NCBI GenBank assembly: GCA_949358305.1
Contig: OX442314.1
Span: forward strand, 8,556,001-8,620,000
DNA length: 64,000 bases
Direction of reading: 5' to 3'
DNA from: Strigamia acuminata
Taxonomy: Eukaryota
Shown: in pieces, positions 58,758 through 64,000 of the stretch
Layout of the letters: each line of letters begins with the position of its first letter
Position numbering within the stretch: the first letter of the stretch is position 1
Program-made: the position numbers and the translations under genes
The notes under the pieces: model-generated
Database searches by the model: none
What the model saw: only the letters and a program-made list of their open reading frames with translations
Told to the model about the DNA's origin: nothing

Positions 58758-60620
58758 TCAATTGTCCGAAATCTCCAAAGATGTCCTCATTCTATCGTAC
58801 ATTTCTTGATTCTAAAACGAAAACCAAAAATCACATCTGTCCCGAATTATCTAAAATTAAAGAACCGACGCCTACCTCGGTCGACACCGATCGTAGGACT
58901 TTGCCGAAAGCGACGTCAAAATCATTTTTTCCGACCAATTCGATCGCACCGTCCTCGACCCCACTACCAATCACACGGCTCAAAACATACTTAGTAGCTT
59001 CCTGTACCAACGCCTTTAAATCGGCGCCTCTGAATGCAAAAGCCAAACAAATTACACCCAAATCATCACAAATCCTAACCAGTCCTCACGTGAATCCATC
59101 GCACCGAGCGTCCAAGCCGATCGCCGTCAAGTCAACGTCATCGGCCAAAGGCGGCCTTGTCCCGTCCTAATAAGAAAAAACAAAAATAAATAAAAAAAAC
59201 GAATAAATAAATTGATTTTTTTGCATATCACCTTAGTCATTGTCTTTAAAATATCCACTCGGTCTTGGGGGGTGGGTACGTCGACGTAGAGGCGCTTCCC
59301 GAGCCGGTTGGGACGCAGCACGGCCCGGTCGATCTTGTCGGGCCGATTGGTGGCGGCGATTATGAACACGCTTTTCCGTTGGCTGAACCCGTCCATTTCG
59401 GTGAGCAGTTGAGTGACGAGTCGCGCGCTCGATTCGTGCTGTGGAAGAAAGAGAGAAATTAATTTCAACGAGCAGATGGTGATCCGCGCCGACAAACCCC
59501 GGCGTCAATTTGGCCAGTTTAAAGAAATCCACATCGGGGTCGAGATTGAGCGGTTGACACAACTGCGGCAACAGCCTCGTGCGAGCCGCTTCGTCGAGGA
59601 TGGGCACGTTGACGTCGTGCTCGAAACGGCCGCCCCGGCGCAACGATCGTCGATTGCGTCGGGATAATTCGCCGTGGCGAGCACGAGGAATTCACATTTG
59701 GCGTCTTGGCTGTTCAAACCTAAAGGAAACGAAGTGGAAAGAAAATTAATTAATTTTTCAAATAAAATTTGGATGTATTAATTTCAATATGGCGCACCGT
59801 CCATGCGAGTTTTGAGTTGCGTGACGACGCGACCCTCCATTCCCTTTTCGGCCGATTCTGGTTTTCGGATTACGGCGTCGATATCGTCGATGAAGAGAAC
59901 TCAGGGGCCGATCTTGATGGGTTTGTTGAAGATGTGGCGGATTCCTTTCTCCGATTCCCGGATATTCCGGCCACTAGGTCAGTGGAAGCAATTTGGATGA
60001 TTGGAGTGTTGACATCGAGTGGGATTTAAAGTTGTGGCGTTAGGAATTGTTTGTTTGAGAGGGGAAATGAGAAATTAATCCGGCGATGGTGTTGGCGTTG
60101 GCCAACATCGTTTTGCCGCAGCCGGGAGGCCCGTCGAGGAGAATGCCGCGTGGAGGTTTGATGATGAATAGTGAATGATATTCTGAGCATTTTAAACCTG
60201 AAAAAACCAATACGTCATGAAACGTCGTAAAAATCGAAAATAATTATGACGGATTGAGTCAAATTTGACAAAAATTTTTCAAAAATGTTCAAAATTTATC
60301 AAAAATTAGAGAAAAAATTTAAGAATATGTAAAAAAAATGTCAAAAAACACAAAAATTTACAAAAATTCGATAAAAATGATTTAAAAATGACAAAAATCG
60401 ACAAATAATTGTCAAAAATTAACCAAGTTCGACAAATAATTGTCAAAAATTAACCAAGATCGACAAATAATTGTCAAAAATTGACCAAAATCCATAAATA
60501 ATTGACACAGATCGATAAAATGTGACAAAAATTTAAAAGCATACTATTATATTTTGATTTACGTTGATGGTTGCTCGCATCCGGCCGTATGTGTAAACTC
60601 ACGGTCGACTGTTTTGCATA
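58758..60620 (-). pseudogene. NVL: Second NVL paralog, internally deleted (exons 6-9 joined to exons 16-19)
   Basis: LTPGFVGAD runs directly into intron 15/exon 16 near 59470; exons 10-15 are missing; frameshift near 59645; GPPGCGKT and FIDDID present. Confidence 0.9.
60380..60530. repeat. ~31-bp intronic minisatellite
   Basis: TCGACAAATAATTGTCAAAAATTAACCAAG repeated about 3-4 times. Confidence 0.8.
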
Positions 60621-60753
60621 TATAAAAATTTAAAAAAAAATCCCATTCAATTTTTCATCTTAATTTCATTTTCCGATAAATAAGAATTGCAATATAATTA
60701 CCATTCATTCTTGTCTGGGACGAAATTACGATGGGGTAAGCCGTCGAGTCACA

Positions 60754-60946
60754 CTAAACTCTATTCCAAAAAGTAATTGAAATACTCCCATTGGTTGGTT
60801 GGTGCTCTAGTTCAGTTGTGTATTGAATATGATGCTGTTTTCAGATTCCAGTAGACTTGTGCGAAGATTTTCAATGCATTTATACTGGTGTTATGAATCT
60901 CCCAACCAATGGGAGTATTTCAATTACTTTTTGGAATAGAGTTTAG
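60754..60946. mobile_element. MITE with ~45-bp TIR
   Basis: CTAAACTCTATTCCAAAAAGTAATTGAAATACTCCCATTGGTTGG and its reverse complement; ACA on both flanks. Confidence 0.85.
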
Positions 60947-61312
60947 ACACGAACTAACGTGTTAAACCTGTAAAACCAACATTTTTATTAAAAACGAATT
61001 TGGCGCCATCTGTTGCCTAAAATGAATAGAGCGACGTGATTGGCCGTATGATAGCGATGAAAACCTGTGCATATCTAATTTTAAGATATGATACATTGTT
61101 TGTGAGACATTAGTTCATTTAAAAACTACAATCTGGCAACCTACGGTATGTACTGTGTAATACTGCATACTGCTGGAATCAACACAGTATAACTACAAAA
61201 GTTACTTTTTACGCCAAAAGATGGCGCAAACTGTGTCGCGCGTGCGCATAGATGTGACACCATCGTGGTTTGGTCCAGAACACGGTGTAAAATGTTACAC
61301 CGTGGTCCAGAA

Positions 61313-61445
61313 GATCGGCCATGCTGCGTCCAAACCCGGTTCGGGAACCTCCTCTACGTTGGCCTACCCACCCCACAAGCCCGAGTGGACATTTTAAAGA
61401 CATTACCCAAGGTAATAGGCGAGAAAATGAATTTATTTGTTTTTA
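61313..61445 (+). pseudogene. NVL: Inverted NVL exon-16 3' fragment with donor site
   Basis: [25 protein letters not shown]|gtaata. Confidence 0.8.
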
Positions 61446-62113
61446 ATTTCTTTCTTTAAGTAGACCGTTTGATTTTGGTCGCTTTCATACGAATTTATCG
61501 GATTTTTGTCCGTTTTTGTCTGATTTTTGTCCGTTTTTGTCTGATTTTTGTCCGTTTTTGTCTGATTTTTGTCCGTTTTTGTCTGATTTTTGTCCGTTTT
61601 TGTCTGATTTTTGTCCGTTTTTGTCTGATTTTTGTCCGTTTTTGTCTGATTTTTGTCCGTTTTTGTCTGATTTTTGTCCGTTTTTGTCTGATTTTTGTCC
61701 GTTTTCATCGGATTTTCGTCGCTTTTATACGAATTTATCGGATTTTTGTCCGTTTTCGTCGCTTTTATACGAATTTATCGGATTTTGTCCGTTTTCATCT
61801 GATTATTATCCGTTTTCATCGGATTTTCGTCGCTTTCATACGAATTTATCGGATTTTTGTCCGTTTTTGTCTGATTTTTGTCCGTTTTCATCGGATTTTT
61901 GTCGCTTTTATACGAATTTATCGGATTTTTGTCCGTTTTTGTCGCTTTTATACGAATTTATCGGATTTTGTCCGTTTTCATCTGATTATTATCCGTTTTC
62001 ATCGGATTTTCGTCGCTTTTATACGAATTTATCGGATTTTTGTCCGTTTTCGTCGCTTTATACGAATTTATCTGATTTTTGTCCATTTTCATTGGATTTT
62101 TGTCGCTTTTATA

Positions 62114-63555
62114 CAACTCCTTGCCAAAAAAATGTCATATTCCTATTTTTTGAACTTTTAATATTTGAAATTTCTCAAACTATTTCTCATAAGTAAAAAT
62201 GGTTTTAGGAGGAGAGAAAGGATTGTTATAGCTATCATTTCGTTACGTTTTTTGAAAAAAAATGAATAGTTGAAGAGAAAAAAATTAAAAACTCCAAAAA
62301 AGTGACTATTTACAATATTTCTCATAACTTGTGAACAGAATGAGATAAAATTAAAAACTAAACAGATTTGAGACCGTCTATATCCCAGGAAACTTTTCTA
62401 AATTGTATGTATGGGTCTCCAAAGCCCTAAAAAAAAGGCGTAATGGAGCTATGTAAAGGGATAGACAACAACTATTTTTCAAAAAATTGTGGCGAGCACA
62501 ACTGTTGACGAATCAAAACGAAACTTTAGCATTGAAGCATTATTGTGTCGTACTATAACATGTTATAGTTATGACTTGATTCGTCAACAGTTGTGCTCGT
62601 CACGATTTTTTGAAAAATAGTTGTTGTCTACCCTTTTACATAGCTCCATTACGTCTTTTATTGAGGGCTTTGGAGACCCATACATCCAATCCGATTCAGA
62701 AAGGTTTCCTGGGATATAGACGGTCTCAAATCTGATTAGTTTTAGACTTCTAAACTCTATGTTTAGAAAGTCTCATGAAACGGTTCTTTCTGTCCGTCCG
62801 TCCGTCCGTCCGTCCGTTGGCATCCATATCTCAAAATCTGTAGCAGGTGGAGACAAACGGATAACGGCAATAAATTCAGCGTACCTGAATTAGTATCCTC
62901 GGAACTTTTCGCAATTTTCCGACCTCCGGTTGAATTAATAAACCGGTTTTAGTGCACTTTTAGCGGTGTATTCCATGAAAATTACGGAAATGACGTCATC
63001 ATGACGACGTCATTTCCGTAATTTTCATGGAATAGACTTGGGACAGACGGAAAACGGAAAACGAGAAACGGGAAATTATAACGACGGAAATGCGAAGCAT
63101 AGTGAAACGTTCGTTGTACGCGATTGGTTTACATCCCGGCGCCGGCGTATTGCGCGAATTTGGCGGCGTTCTGGGCGAAGAAGCTTTTGAAATTATAAAT
63201 TTGAATGATTTAATTGCGAAATTGGTTGTTTTGTGTCATTAATTTATTATTATTATTTTTTTAATTAGGGGCAGGGTTTAGAAGTCTCATGTGTAATGCT
63301 TCCCTGCATTACAAATCCCTGCTTGTTTAATTTTATCTCATTCTGTTCACAGGTTATGAGAAATATTGTAAATAGTCACTTTTTGGAGTTTTTAATTTTT
63401 TTCTCTTCAACTATTCATTTTTTTTCAAAAATAATAGCTCTAACAATCCTTTAAGTCCTCCTAAAACCATTTTTACTTATGAGAAATAGTTTCTAAGAAA
63501 TTTCAAATATTAAAAGTTCAAAAAATAGGAATATGACATTTTTGGCAAGGAGTTG
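62114..63555. mobile_element. Tc1/mariner-type foldback MITE (~400-bp TIRs, ~60-bp spacer)
   Basis: TA|CAACTCCTTGCCAAAA ... TTTTGGCAAGGAGTTG|TA; arms align once the 62741-63327 insert is removed. Confidence 0.9.
62741..63327 (+). mobile_element. DINE-1/Helentron-associated (HINE-like) non-autonomous element
   Basis: Inserted in a T run without TSD; subTIR AGACTTCTAAAC / GTTTAGAAGTCT; (GTCC)n microsatellite; 3' hairpin TGTAATGC..GCATTACA; ends CTTGTT. A 5' fragment is also present at ~57613-57645. Confidence 0.85.
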
Positions 63556-63764
63556 TACGGATTTATCGGATTTTTCATCGCTTTTATACGAATTTATCGA
63601 ATTTTTGTTCGTTTTCATCGCTTTTATACGAATTTATCGGATTTTTGTTCGTTTTCATCCGATTATTATCTGTTTTCGTCGGATTTTCGTCGATTTTATA
63701 CGAAGTTATCGGATTTTTGTCCATTTTCATCCGATTATTATGTTTTTTATCTGTTTTTATCGAT

Positions 63765-64000
63765 TAGCGTCATTTTAGCGACGCTCATTTTAGCGAAAAA
63801 GTCCCATTTTAGCGAACATGTCATTTTAGCGACACAAAAACCAAGGTTTTAGCAACGCTACACGATAAAAAAGTGGTTTTCATCAAAAAACCAGTAAGGT
63901 TAGGTTTGCGGAGGGTCAAGGGGGGGCGCAGCCCCCCCTTGTTAACCCTTTTTAAGAATTAAACCTACGTTTTTGTGTTGCTAAAATGACATGTTCGCTA
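63765..64000. mobile_element. Inverted-repeat MITE truncated by the window edge
   Basis: TAGCGAACATGTCATTTTAGC..ACAAAAA mirrored by TTTTTGTGTTGCTAAAATGACATGTTCGCTA; central GGGGGG..CCCCCC hairpin. Confidence 0.7.

Larger units (their letters stand above)
61468..63765. repeat. 21-bp satellite and derived variants, interrupted by a foldback MITE
   Basis: About 9 perfect copies of GATTTTTGTCCGTTTTTGTCT, then variants containing CGCTTTTATACGAATTTATCGG. Confidence 0.95.

Noticed and set aside
61433..62196. Long repetitive ORFs (230, 226, 91 aa) and a CRISPR-like appearance
   Set aside because: Translations of a 21-bp satellite; contiguous repeats without unique spacers, no cas genes, eukaryotic context.

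Overview
AT-rich eukaryotic (arthropod-like, short-intron) DNA dominated by young transposons in and around an amplified NVL/smallminded AAA-ATPase locus. One near-complete NVL gene (minus strand, 54582 to 22255, 19 exons) carries a 9-kb decayed Ty3/gypsy element in intron 4 and a 19.5-kb nested LTR composite inside coding exon 9. The composite is a gag-only element (937-bp LTRs, AACC TSD, retained -1 frameshift signal). Its 3' LTR holds a 14.2-kb autonomous Ty3/gypsy element (1.77-kb LTRs, gag, -1 frameshifted pol, and a 558-aa non-env ORF3) with non-canonical junctions. The window also contains a full-length Mag-like element, an intronless BC-box/LRR gene, several NVL pseudogene fragments (one inside an inverted duplication), a MAN1/LEMD3 fragment, a triplicated 48-50 aa membrane smORF absent from the ORF track, many MITEs, a DINE-1/Helentron-like element and a 21-bp satellite. 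All calls were made by eye; no database search or alignment was run.
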